This document shows positions 1-12,486 of a stretch of DNA of 64,000 nucleotides, in pieces. Location: contig NMRA01000658.1 of NCBI GenBank assembly GCA_002633005.1, forward strand, positions 80,378 through 144,377, read 5' to 3'. The DNA comes from Phoronis australis. Taxonomy: Eukaryota; Animalia; Phoronida. Under the pieces are notes generated by a model. The model saw nothing but the letters and a program-made list of their open reading frames with translations. It did no database searches and was not told the DNA's origin. Each line of letters opens with the position of its first letter. Positions within the stretch are counted from its first letter, which is position 1. A program made the translations under genes and the position numbers.

Positions 1-468
1 ATCATTCGATATGAGGCTCGATACGTTGGCTTGTCAAGACGCGTTTTTTTCATTACGAACATGGTCTGAAACCCTACCAAAGTATCAGCTCTTCCATCGC
101 CCGGAAATCGTTTCCCGTTTGAGTAAATAGGAACAATTTGAGACCAATTTCATAACGGAACGTGATCTAAAACAAGTTATTTTTGACGGCTAAGGAAGGG
201 TTTATTGTCGTGTTGTTTAAATGTGGTAGAAAATGGTAATTTAGTGAGAACAACGTTCATTGGCTGTAAAAAATGAGGGAATGGCATTTCCTCGCGACTA
301 CACCGTGACACAGCATCCCTAACGGGAAACGCCTTCAATTATTGACGTAGTTAACAGAACCAATAGCAAGACTTCTCGAGCGACCGTATCGCAGCAGTCT
401 TTAAATGCCGGCGCTCTGACATCAATACTCATTGCTCTTAGACGTCTGCTTCGCACATCGGCTGGATA

Positions 469-1488
469 ATGGCCACACAATCCATTCAAAATGCTACATT
501 TGTTGAAGATTCGTTTTCTAATGAAACCACTCTCTTCAACGAAACTGATGCTATGATGGCTTGGTACACAAAAAACAATCTACCGCAAGAGTTTATGCTT
601 GTGTTTATGGTTTATGACTCTTTGGTTGGCTGCATGATATTGTTTGGCAACGGATTGATCTGCTACGTCTTTCTAAGATACAAGGAGGTACGGGCAGAGA
701 ACATCAGCATCGTCATCTTTGGCTTAGCTCTGAACGATTTTGTTACTGGCCTGTCGATCACTGCCAACGTCATCAGAAAATATGTCATTCCTCTTTACTG
801 GTACATACTACCAATGAGTGTCTTAACGAGCCACAGCATGTGTCTGTTCCTGGTCTACGTCACGACCTTCCCACTGTGCACGACAAACTCTATCCTTGTG
901 GTTCTGGCGATTGATCGGTTCATTTTCATCCGTTTTCCTTTGAGGCATGCCTCAATCATGACAAGACGCGTCTATAAGAAACTCATCATTGCCGCCTTCA
1001 CTTACGGACAGCTGTGCCTTGTATATTTTGTCATCGTTTCCGGTGACGAATTTGACGGCCACAAGACCAAGTGCGTGTTTGAATCGCTTGTCAAGAGAAG
1101 ACCATTGCAAACCACCTTGTCAGTTTTGTCCTTGTTCCTACCCATAGTATTCTGTAGTGTCTGCCACTGCTATGTCGGTTTCAAGGCCTTCTCTGCGAGG
1201 GCACCGGCCAGTCGAGTTCCGGCGCAATTTACACATCGACAGAGGAATGAGATTAAAATTACAAAGATGTTCTTAAAATTTGTATTATTTTACTTGATGT
1301 GCGTTTTACCAACGCCGATATTGTATAAAATATTACCTGTTGCCACCGACAATGAGCCGTTAAGCTGGACTTCATTGCGTTACATAAGCATAGAACTGAT
1401 GTATCTTAACTCGATGATGAATCCGCTATTTTACGGCACGAATGAACTTGTGTTTTCCAAAGCTATTCGTAAATTTTTTCAGAGGTAG
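469..1488 (+). CDS. Single-exon rhodopsin-like (class A) GPCR, orphan, 339 aa
   Basis: Seven hydrophobic segments; N-terminal sequons NAT/NET/NET; TM1 GN (FGNGLI), TM2 LALND, TM3 AIDRF followed by FPLRHASIMT, ECL2 Cys (TKC), TM6 MCVLP, TM7 NSMMNPLFY. Confidence 0.93.
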   Translation: MATQSIQNATFVEDSFSNETTLFNETDAMMAWYTKNNLPQEFMLVFMVYDSLVGCMILFGNGLICYVFLRYKEVRAENISIVIFGLALNDFVTGLSITANVIRKYVIPLYWYILPMSVLTSHSMCLFLVYVTTFPLCTTNSILVVLAIDRFIFIRFPLRHASIMTRRVYKKLIIAAFTYGQLCLVYFVIVSGDEFDGHKTKCVFESLVKRRPLQTTLSVLSLFLPIVFCSVCHCYVGFKAFSARAPASRVPAQFTHRQRNEIKITKMFLKFVLFYLMCVLPTPILYKILPVATDNEPLSWTSLRYISIELMYLNSMMNPLFYGTNELVFSKAIRKFFQR

Positions 1489-2149
1489 GTTGTTTGTAAG
1501 CAGAACTGCTTGACTGAAGCATGTGTCAGAGCGTGCCATCGTGTGTTAGTCCGATATCAACTAATTAATCTGTGGTTTGTCATTTGTGAGATTTATTGTA
1601 GCAACACGCACCTGTGTTTTTATTGTTATAGTACGTTTTTTTCATGCTCTACAGTATTTGGTTCTGTTATTTTTGTGAAACTAAAGTAAAGCAACAGAAA
1701 ACATATCAGAAATGTTTGTCTCTAGCCCCTAAATATAACAATTCAATAGATCATAGAAGAAAGGTCACAGCCCTGGAATGCCAACTCCCGCACGTGAGCA
1801 AAATATTCTGTCATTGGAGCTTGTGACCACGAGACTAGCCGCTAGAGTTTTCACTGTAAATTTCTTCGCTAGTTTCCTGCGTGTACAAAACACGCAGGTA
1901 TCATTCAGTAGCAAGCGTTTTATCACTAGTGGTTCATGTAACCTCGGCTGTCAGTGGTTAGTTTTACAACAAAGAAAGAAAATGGCGGACTATGAACGAT
2001 TTTTAGCCTTGTCAATGAAGCAAGTAGCGTAACAGCAACTATTTCGTTTCTGCAGTAATGTTTAATAGCCGCGTGCCTGAAGCACATACATGTACAACAA
2101 CACACACCCGCTGTGCCTTGAACTTGTAACATTTCCCGGAAGTAGTTAA

Positions 2150-3084
2150 GAGACAGTCCATATAAAATCAGTACATTTTCAAAAATCAGCCTTTACGTCA
2201 AAATTCAACTCCGTCTTCAAAATTGCACTGTAGGCCTATGTTTCAGCAACGAAAATAAGTAACTTACAAAATAGATGAAAGTTATATTTTGGCGACTGCA
2301 ATAATGAACGTATATAATGTGTATAATTCTGTGCCATCATAGCTAGACTATAGTACATGAACCGCCAACTCCGTATACTTTCAATGGACGAAATCTGTGC
2401 TCTTCCGCACAACGAGTGTCATTATTCACTAGCGACACCTGGCCCCAGTGGCATAGCGAGCACCTTGGATCACACTGACCTCCCCTTGCTACGCCACAGC
2501 GTCAGTCACTCAATATGTTTGTTATGAAGTCGAGACCATTACTTCTGTTTAGTTCATGTCTGTCATGAATGAGTCATTAATAAAATTGTTTCTCGTGAAT
2601 TATTTTCTATTGACTGTGAATGTGTACCTTTTTATACCACTGATGATAATACTGGCAGAAATATTCAGAGTTAGGGTGCCCGGTGTGTGAGGGGGAAACA
2701 CAAGATTTCTGGCTACTGATGGCGACTAAAATTTGTAGCAACCAGCACGGACATTACAATATGAACCCAAAGTTACAATGACTATTGGCAAGTTGAAGGA
2801 TTTTTAGCGCTGAACAGGGGGCCATATCCACCTTGGGTGCCTTCCTTTGCCTGTGGCACGAACAAGGCAGATAGANAATGCTAGTAAAATGCATTCAAAC
2901 ATGTCTACTTCGACGCCCAATTTTGTTGCAAAATGGAGGTACAGGTCATAAAAAGAAAATCAGTGAATGAAAATTCTTAAAACGTGAGGTTTTTCTACAT
3001 CTCAACAAACCAAACTCGTGCTAAGTTTCAAAAAAAATCTGTGATTTTGGGTATACACCTGTTGGTTTTTATATGGAGTCACTC
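2150..3084. mobile_element. Non-autonomous DNA transposon with TTAA TSD and GAG...CTC termini (Sola3/Sola2-like)
   Basis: TTAA at 2146-2149 and 3085-3088; imperfect TIRs GAGACAGTCCATATAAAATC / GTTTTTATATGGAGTCACTC. Confidence 0.6.
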
Positions 3085-3107
3085 TTAATACTATCCAATG
3101 TAGTCAG

Positions 3108-3295
3108 CAGTGGCGGGTTTAGGGGGGGGGGCATGCACCCCTACAATTCTACCAGATACCGTTTGGGAGTTCGGGTGCGCGCAAGCTGGGGCTCGTCGGG
3201 GGGTGAATAAACAACGCATAGGCCCTGAACAAACTGAACAAACCCCGTTTACCGTTTTTTTTTAGTCAACAGGTCCGCAACCCCAAACATTCGAG
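3108..3295. mobile_element. Truncated copy of a G/C-run MITE family (CAGTGGCGGAT termini)
   Basis: Begins CAGTGGCGGGTTTAGGGGGG; body similar to 24301-24562 and, inverted, to 16303-16607. Confidence 0.6.
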
Positions 3296-5508
3296 TTTTG
3301 CTTGACTTGACACTCTTTTACTTAAAATCACGTTTTTAAAATTTTTGTTGATAAACGCATACTTCGCCAACGCCTTGTTCCTTTTTATAAATGATAAATG
3401 CTCCACAAAACTGAATTTGTGACAAAAAGTTGACGCTGAGTGGACTTTTAAGAGGAAAATTTCCAAACCAGTACGTGACGCTGTCTGGACACTTGACACC
3501 TCAGGTTGTTACACCAAATAAACGCCCATGGGCGTGTATCTGGCATAATTTTCCGAATAAACGCCCATGGGCGTTTCATCGGGTGGGCTTATCTGCGGAA
3601 AGCCCCGGTATGTAACCTATATCATTCTATATTTATCTCATTGACAGACGAGCGAGCAATACGATAAGTACACCTAGCTCATTGCGCGATTCTGTAGAGG
3701 TTAACTTCTATTTCTCGCTGGTTCCCTGCGTGCCGCTAGGTGGTCGGTAGCCAGTACGTGCTGGCCAGGCACGTAGGGAACCAGCGAACTTTGATTTGGG
3801 CGTTGTGGTTTCCTCGTCGTCTGCTTTTCATGACATAACCTACTGATGTAGTGGCCGGAGGAAACAGTGGCAACGGGAGGAGGGGGAGACAGTAATGACT
3901 ACATGGGGGAAGAGTAGAGGCTATTAGAGCTACCGGTGAACTGTGGTGACCGCCGGGGGACAAAACAGTTGAGCAACTGAGGAGAGAGTAGCGGCGGGGC
4001 GGAATGGCGAGTCGAGGCAAATATGTGCCCTCAGTAATTTGCATTTACCTTCCTTCGTGCCTGGAAACATAACATTCGTTTTTATAAGCAGACAAACTAG
4101 TCTTTTTATTGTCTTACATCGTAAAACCCTTTGTAGTTTAACTTTAACTAGTTATGGTTTATGTTTACATGATTCATTGAAATAATACAATATCTCAGTG
4201 GCCCAACATCTGCACTTTCCTCATTCCGACCGAAATTTCGAGCGCCACAGTCCCCCCCTCGTCGCCAGCGATTTCTCGCAGCCTAGAGCCACCTCTTCCT
4301 CTCACAGCCGTTTGCAACGTCCCTCGGTTTGCCGTCACCCGTTTGGGTGTCCCCCTGCCGCCCACCTCACTTTCGGGATGCGGTGTGGAGAGGACCTCCC
4401 AGCTTCGCTGCGGCAGTACGCAATTGTATCATTGTGAATCATGGACCGATAGTCCACGATAAAACGCGCATGGACGGAACCTATCGCCAGGATTATTTAG
4501 GCTTAATTGACCAATCATAACGCAGCATTCTTGGCACACCTTCGTCTGCGTTTCCAAGCCGCCATTTTACCCGACAAACCACACGTAGTCGAGTAAAACT
4601 TACTTTAGTCTATAGCTCAAGAAATTGTCCGCTAAGAATGGTGAAACGGTGTTGATATGGCGTGTGTAGCACCGACAGCCGTTATGCTGCTCCAGAATAA
4701 TATCCCGTCATTTTTTGGCATGTCCTAAGCCGAAAAATGATGTTGAAAAGCGTAAACTATGGATCGGCCACACGAGCAGCGGAACTTAGCGATGTTGCTT
4801 GATAACTCGAAGGCTATAGTAAAAACAAGTATATTAGTTCCAAGATACGCAATTTTCAGCTTGGTGGCTATGGTGCAGGGCTATCTCAGATTTTGACTCC
4901 CGAGTTGCCTACGTCTGGCCGCCTTTGTCTCGGCACCTGTGGATCTCAGCACTCTAGCGGTAGTCCCCGCGGAAATTGTTGTTTTCAAGGACATTTTTAT
5001 TTTTTTTTTATTTATTTCAACCTAATGGACATTATTTTGTTTCGTATCAGAGGTACATTTTTGTTATTCATAAACCCGTAGGCTGGCGTTCAACAAACTC
5101 AACTTCTCTCCCGGTCAAAATTCCGCCAGAGATTCGATCGGCACAGGGAGGGGCACTGGATTACTGCCAGAACTCAAAGCATTGGTCGAGCTGTTGTCAC
5201 TAAAAATAGACTGTTGAATTACTTTTTGACGTGTACCTCTAGTATATACACTATGTCTTTAGAGTTAGAGAGAGCTCATTTTGAAGTTGTTCAAACACGA
5301 TATTTAGATTTATGAAGCTTTAAAAAAGAAATTGAGTTATTTTTGTAAATACCCCTTTTGCAACTACCACACCAGACTTATAATCTTTTGTAACCATACC
5401 ACGACTTATAGTGATCATGCTACCTTGAAGAAAGCTACCTTTATGGAATGAAACCGCAAAAAAATGCCAAGTTCATCAGAAGGTAGGCCTAAGTTAAATG
5501 GACAATTC

Positions 5509-5852
5509 CATAGGCGCGGCGGATTTAGGGAGGGGGGGGCAGGGGCCCCAGCCACCCCCCCCCATTGCCTGCCGCAAGCAAAATGAAACAGCAAGAGCGT
5601 GAAGCATGAGGAAATATTGAGTTCAGTAACTAGGACCGGTAGCGAAAGAGGGGGGCTCAGACCCCAGATCGCGGCGGAACCATGTTCCTGTTCGTTTTAG
5701 TCCACCGATAGATTTTCTGAAAAGAAGGTCCAAAGGTCTACATCCCCGGCCCCTGCAACTTTCGGGCCGCCTATGCACATACAATCGCACTTTGCCCAAT
5801 TCCACGAGGCAACATGTTGGGCCCCCCTTGTGGTATCCTAGATCCGCCACTG
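5509..5852. mobile_element. hAT5-like MITE with 5-bp TSD
   Basis: Ends CATAGGCGCGGCGGATTTAGG ... CCTAGATCCGCCACTG; AATTC flanks both sides (5504-5508, 5853-5857). A partial inverted copy lies at about 13500-13620. Confidence 0.65.
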
Positions 5853-7293
5853 AATTCCAGACATAAATTTGACTTAGTAGACACAGCCCTAGACCTACCG
5901 GAGCTAACTGGCTAACTGTTTGCCTAGGACGAGATGAGTGTGTACCTGAGCTATGAACGTGAATTTTTTATCAAAATATTACGTTACATGATTAGAAAAG
6001 CGTAAATAGTGCTATCGAGTGGACCTAGTGCATGTGTTGTCTGTAATCTATGACCTACTTTACTCCAGGAGTCCCACCAGTTGTGACCTACTTTTCATTT
6101 GGCGAAATTTAACAGACGACAGAATAAATATATCGGTGAATCTTCACTGATTTTATTCGAAAGATCATGAAAACTATGGAATCGTACAAATAATTCGACT
6201 TAAAGGTACATACCCAGCTTTACGTGAACATATCGTATCAGTGGCCTTGTCATTTGTCAGGTGAAGGTGAACCTCGATCGAGGCCGAGGTGTTCTTCGGA
6301 TTTTCGCTGGCTCCTCGAGCACTTATTTTTTCATCGTCACCTTTACAAATTCCCATGTCATGAACGTACGCTTCTCTGTTAAAAAGCATCGCCTATTGTT
6401 TCTGTCCAAGCGTTTTTAAATAGTGTAAAAACACTCATCAATTCCACCAGGAATGTCTAGCGACAGTGTGCCTCTGACATCTCATTCGATTGTCGGGTAT
6501 CACGTGACTTTTCGCATAGGGGCGGAGCTTGCGATAGGTCAATATTCAGTCCAACCTTCAAATCTAATTTCACTTTTAGGAAAAGTTCGTATCTATTGGC
6601 AGTGACTTAAATATGAATTACAATTTGAATGTTTTAAAAGGGAAGTCTTTTTACTATTTCAGAAAAATTTAGAATTTCAGGATTTCAATTTTAAGTTCAG
6701 TACCTCTTTGTTTAGAGATAATTGGATTTGAAAACGACACCTACCACAGGTATGTTTGTGGTTGTAAATGGCTTGTTAAAGTTGCAAATCACGTTTTGTT
6801 ACTTGTATTTTGTTTAAAGATCTATAAAAACGCACTTCGAGTTGCGTAATTGTTTTAAAATTCCTTCAAACAAGCTTGTTATATGTGAAACATAAGACCT
6901 ACTTTAAAATTTGTGGCATAAGTTGACAAAATTTCTCACAAATGTATCCGAGCGACGCACGCATTTTCCACATCAATTACTACGCAGGGTACGGCAACTG
7001 TCTGTTTTGCGACTTTATTACGCTATCAATGTCTTTCAAAAGAGACGTATGTACAATGGAGAATGAAAATGTTTTAATCCACGGGTGTCTAGTAACTTAC
7101 CGGGGACATCAGAGCGCTCATCTGCAGTAGAACCAATTTTTAAAACATCATTTTAGAACATAGCTCCCTTTCAGTGAGACAAGAGGCGGATGAATCTGTT
7201 TCGGGAAAGATTGTTAGCACCTATATATATCAGTGCAGTTCTGTGTATGAATAAATGTGTGGACTGTGTAAGTACTTCTGGAAACGCGTTCGC

Positions 7294-7461
7294 GTACATA
7301 GCACGATAATAGATGTTTAATAGTGAGAATGGTGTTTGTAAATATCGTACATAGCACGATAATAGATGTTTAATAGTGAGAATGGTGTTTGTAAATATCG
7401 TACATAGCACGATAATAGATGTTTAATAGTGAGAATGGTGTTTGTAAATATCGTACATAGC
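7294..7461. repeat. 53-bp tandem repeat, about 3 copies
   Basis: Unit GTACATAGCACGATAATAGATGTTTAATAGTGAGAATGGTGTTTGTAAATATC at 7294, 7347 and 7400. Confidence 0.95.
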
Positions 7462-8200
7462 AAGTCATTTTCTTGCATTTTATTTAGCACACTGTTCGGA
7501 TGTTTTTTTCTTGTTCAAAGGACGGGAAACTAAAGAAAAATTAGGATGTTTGTTCCATTCAGAATGTGTGTATTGTCACTAGGCTGCAAAAATCAAGATC
7601 TGTAAATCTTTTTAGTAAGATAATCTATGTAGAGTTGCATGATAGACAGCATGAGTACAGGACTCGATGTATCTTGAAGCTCTCAAAAGAGAAGAGTAAA
7701 ATTAATGCAATTGAGAAACCACTTAAAATTGTGAGAAGACAATGAAGTTGCATTCGAAAGGACATGAAGAAATATATTCTAGAGTACATGTCTACGTTTC
7801 GTTTCGCACAGTAATGCAATTCACGAATCTACAAAAACAAGACCATATTCACAAATCAGTATCACCAGTGCTCAACACGGTCGGCGAAAATCTCCGCTGG
7901 AAAACAGGAGTGACGGCGTATGTGCACTCGCGCGTGTATACCCGGACTTGGCTTCGTAAAGGATGGCGACCAAAAAAAAACGTCGAAACTCCGTGTTTGA
8001 ATTTGGCATTCGTATTTTTACGTTTCTTAAACGTTTTCCGAGCGCTTTACTCGTAAATTTCACGTCGTTTTGCTACGAGCGTAGCCAGTGGTCGCCGGGG
8101 ACATGGTAGTTGTTACGTCTTCTGCAGTGCATTTTAAGTGGACGCTTTGTTGAATTGAAACTTACCAGGTTGAAAGTCAATCACTGTCTTTCATAGTACG

Positions 8201-11200
8201 TGCGGTAAGTTGGTTAGTAAAGTCAGAGAGAAAACTTTTAGTAGCTACGTCTGACAACAATCATGTTTTTATTACCCAACATCCTTAGCTACACCACACC
8301 AGAGACACCAAGTATCGAACAAGTACACTAAACGCAATCAAGATACTGCATCCCTCCCTTCCGAAGTCTAACCTTAACTCTACTTATGAGTTACACACTA
8401 AACACAAGAGTCAAAGTGCTCTATAAGTCAAGTCTATCAGGAGCCTTCACAGTCCGTTGTGAGCGACGAACAACTGGTGTCCCGGTTGGCGGTATATTGT
8501 TCATCACATCTGGCACGGTACCTTGATCTGAAGGTTTATCAACAGAATTATTAACACTAGTGTCTGGTACAAACACCAAATCGTTAGAGTCAGCACTAAT
8601 GAATGAATCTGATTTCAGTTCATGATCTGGTTTCATGCTATGAACAATATGATCAACATGGCGCTTCATGACACGTCCATCATCCAGCTCAATCAAAAAC
8701 GTAACTGGACCACTCTGATCAGTAACTGTTCCGAACAACCATTTTGCATCACCTTAAGCATGATTTTTTACCAAAACTTTGTCACCAACATCGAATGTTC
8801 GCAATCGAGCAGACTTATCATGCTGGCTCTTTTGATCCATTTGTTTTTCCGCCACTTTTGCATTCAAATTAGGCCGCAAATTGTCCAAACGCGATCTGAT
8901 CTTAAGAGAATAAAGTATCTCGCATGGCGGTTCACCGGTAGTTGTTTGTGGCGTTAACCGGTACCACATCAAAAACTTTGACACACGCTCACTCAGTGTT
9001 TTACCACTGACTTTCTTGAGTCCTTCCTTCACAGTCTGAACAGCTTTCTCAGCCATACCATTGGACGACGGATGGTATGGAGAAACAAGGGTATGCCTAA
9101 CAGCATTACTGTTTAAGAAGTCCTTGAATTTACGACTGGTGAAACACGTACCATTATCACCGACTATGACACGGGGAACTCCTCTGTCCGCGAAAGATTT
9201 CCGCAATCCATCAATGGTAGCACTAGTTGAAGTCGAATGAGTTATGTGAACATCGATCCATTTTGACTTAGAGTCAATAATAATCAACAGCATTTTCCCT
9301 TCAAATGGACCGGCATAGTCTATGTGCAGTCGTTCCCAAGGCTCACCTGGGAAGACCCAAGGGTGCAGCGGTGCATTCGCTCGGGCTTTCCTACTCTGAC
9401 AGCATGACGAACAACCACGGACGACCCGTTCAATCTCTGAGTCCATGTTAGGGTACCACACATAACACTTCGCTAATGCCTTCATTCTAGACATTTCCGG
9501 ATGGGCTTCATGAAGTTCACTGAGAATGTGTGTACGCAATGGGGTGGGGATTACTAAACGACAATCCCACAGTAAACAGCCACCCTCCAAACTCAGCTCG
9601 AGCTTACGATTGTAGAATGGACGAAAATTGTCACCAATGTCCGACGGCCAACCATATTTCACGAAGTGCACGACTTTCGAAAGAATAGGGTCTCGTGCGG
9701 TCAAACGTTTCACTTCGGCTACGTTTGCACAAGTCGATGACAACTGTTCCTTAAGCCAATTTACACGTCCGGGTACAGCGACATCTGTAGGAGCAGGGTC
9801 GACCGGTAATCGGCTCAGCGCGTCAGCATTTCTAAGTTTAGATCCCGGTTTATACCGAATCTCATAACAATATGCTGATAGTATCAACGACCAACGCGTT
9901 AAATGATCTGAAGCCATTTTGCGGAATCCCTTTCTTTGTTCCGAAAATATTCATCAAGGGTTTAAGATCAGTCTCGATAACGAAGTTTCTTCCATACAAA
10001 TACTGATGGAAATACTTCAGCCCGAAAATAATTGCAAGTCCCTCTTTGTCTAATTGACTATAGTTCTTTTCCGCACTGCTTAGAGTTCGTGAGGCAAAAG
10101 CTATCGGGCGCTCATCTGGATCAGTATGTGCAATAACAGCACCAACACCATACGCAGAGGCATCACAAGTGAGTACTATCGGTTTTTCCGGATCATAATC
10201 AGCGCCAGCACAGTGTCAGAACACAGCAAATCCTTTGATGCACGAAATGCGTCTTCTTGGCGGCTCGACCAAAGCCAAGATTTGTTTTTGCGTAATAATT
10301 CGTACAGAGGTGCAAACTGTGTTGACGCATTGCGAATGTATTTGCCGTAGTAATTTACCATTGCGAGGTAAGCTCTTAGTTCAGACACATTTTTCGGCAC
10401 TGGGGCATTTCTAATGGCCTCGATTTTAGCATTAGTAGGATGAAGTCCTTGTGCGTCAATACGGTGACCTAAATACTCGATCTCGTCCTGTAAGAAATTA
10501 CACTTTGAACGATTTAATGTGAGTCCAGCATCTGACAGCTTTTGCAAAACAGCTTTCAGATTTGTAAAATGTTCATCCCGTGTTTTACCCGTAATGACTA
10601 TGTCATCTAAGTACACTATGACACCGGGTAACCCTTGTAATAACGTGTCTATGGCGCGTTGCCAAATCGCAGGGGCGGACGCGATTCCAAACGCTAGTCG
10701 CTCCTGACAATACAGACCACGATGAGTGTTGATCGTTAGATACTCTTTCGAGCGATCATCAACTTTCATCTGTAAGTAGGCGTTGCTCATGTCCAGTTTT
10801 GAAAACTGGCTACCAAGAGCTAACTTAGTTTGCAGTTCGTCGATTCTCGGTAATGGGTACTTTATCAAAAATTGCAACTTGGTTCACAGTCACTCCATAG
10901 TCGCCGCAAATGCGAATTTTCCCATTAGCCTTTACCACGAGCACAATGGGTGTAGCCCACCTCGAAGATTCCACTACTTAGGCTAATGATTCCCAATGAT
11001 TCTAATCGATCAAGTTCTTCGTCCACTTTCTCACGGAGAGCAAAGGGTACCGAGCGAGCCTTGAAAAACCGAGGTTTCACATCGGACGATATGTGCAGAC
11101 GTGCTTCGACGCCTTTCATGAGACCAAGTTCATCGGAGAATAAGTGAGCATTTCATCTAAGTCACTAACTTTCGCAGATAACTTGTTAACCGCGTTACAA

Positions 11201-12486
11201 TCACTCAGGAGACGGTCGCTCCAGTCAGGTCCAAGCAAAACAGCTAACCAGTCACGGCCAAGTAAACATGGCCCATCACCAGGGACCACCAAAAATGACA
11301 AGTCATACTTCTGGCCATTAGCTGTCACGCAAACGTCGGCTTTACCGTGCAAATCAAGTTGCTATTTGGTATATGTATACAGAGTATCATCCGCAGGTCT
11401 CAGTTTGGGTTTTGCACTTGAATAATGACTATCAAACTGCCTTTGGGTTACAATTGTTCGAGGAGAGCCAGTATCAAGCTCAAATTGCATAGGATTTCCA
11501 TCCACACACATTAGTGTTTTCATTAGTGTATTATGTAAACTATTTAACAAGGAGCCATTGTCCTCTGACACATGGTTCATACGTTTGGTTTTCGACTTCG
11601 GTTTCGACGATTTCGAAGGTACAAAACGGTCTGGGCATTTCCGTTGAATGTGTCCCGTTCTGTGGCATCCATGACATTCCGCGTCCTTGAATCCACATTT
11701 GTCTGGATAGTGTCGACCTCCACAACGAAAACACGGCTTGGGGGGGTTTCTGTTGCTGTGGTTTGTGATGTACATGGTTCACACTTGAGGTTGGAGACTG
11801 ACCAATGAGCATTGTCTACTGCCATTTCCATGCTCGAGCATATCTCATGGGCCTTGGAGAAGGTTAGATATTTAATTGCAAACAACCGCTTTTGAATTTC
11901 AAAGTTCTCAACCCCACACACAAGCCAATCTCGTAGCATGTCCTCCAGGGTATTGCCATAATGGCAATGTGCTGCCAACTCCTGCAACCTACTGATAAAA
12001 TTTGACATTTTCTCCCCTTTTGCGGAATTAAATTTATATCGCGCAACAATGGGGTTAGGTGTAGGAGAATAGTGGTTTTTTAACACATCAAGAAGCTCAG
12101 AATGCGACTTATGCTCTGGTTTAAACGGTTGGATTAAGTTCTTCACCAACTGGTAGGTTTCCGATCCCCACGAGGTCAGGAAAATGGCGCGCTTCTTGAT
12201 CATTGTGTCTATGTCATTCGCCACGAAATAAAACTCTAAACGTTCCACATACGATTGCCATGATTCCACCGCTTGGTCAAAATAAGACAGAGCACCGTGG
12301 ACCGCCACTGATCAAAAGTATCATCGTCGCCAATAAATATGCGGTAACTTGGTTAGTAAAGTCAGAGGGAAAACTAGCCACGTCTGACAACAACCATGTT
12401 TTCATTACCCAACATCCTTAGCTACACCACACCAGAGACACCAAGTGTCGAATTACAAGTACACTAAACGCAATCAAGATACTGCA
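8201..12486 (-). mobile_element. Full-length but decayed Ty3/Gypsy (Mag-like) LTR retrotransposon
   Basis: LTRs at 8201-8350 (150 bp) and 12340-12486 (147 bp), TG...CA, differing by 6 substitutions and 2 indels. TSD GTACG at 8196-8200 and 12487-12491. PBS TGGCGACGATGAT (tRNA-Ser(GCU)-like) near 12320-12332; PPT GGAAGGGAGGGA at 8351-8362. Confidence 0.97.
8421..12308 (-). pseudogene. Frameshifted gag-pol of the decayed Gypsy element
   Basis: Fragments in order: gag (WQSYVERLEFYF), two Zn knuckles (CFRC..HYPDKC; CHGC..GHIQRKC), protease LDTGS, RT (YPLP, YLDD), RNase H, integrase (HHCC, IDYAG, GDNG, NGMAE); broken into many ORFs. Confidence 0.95.
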
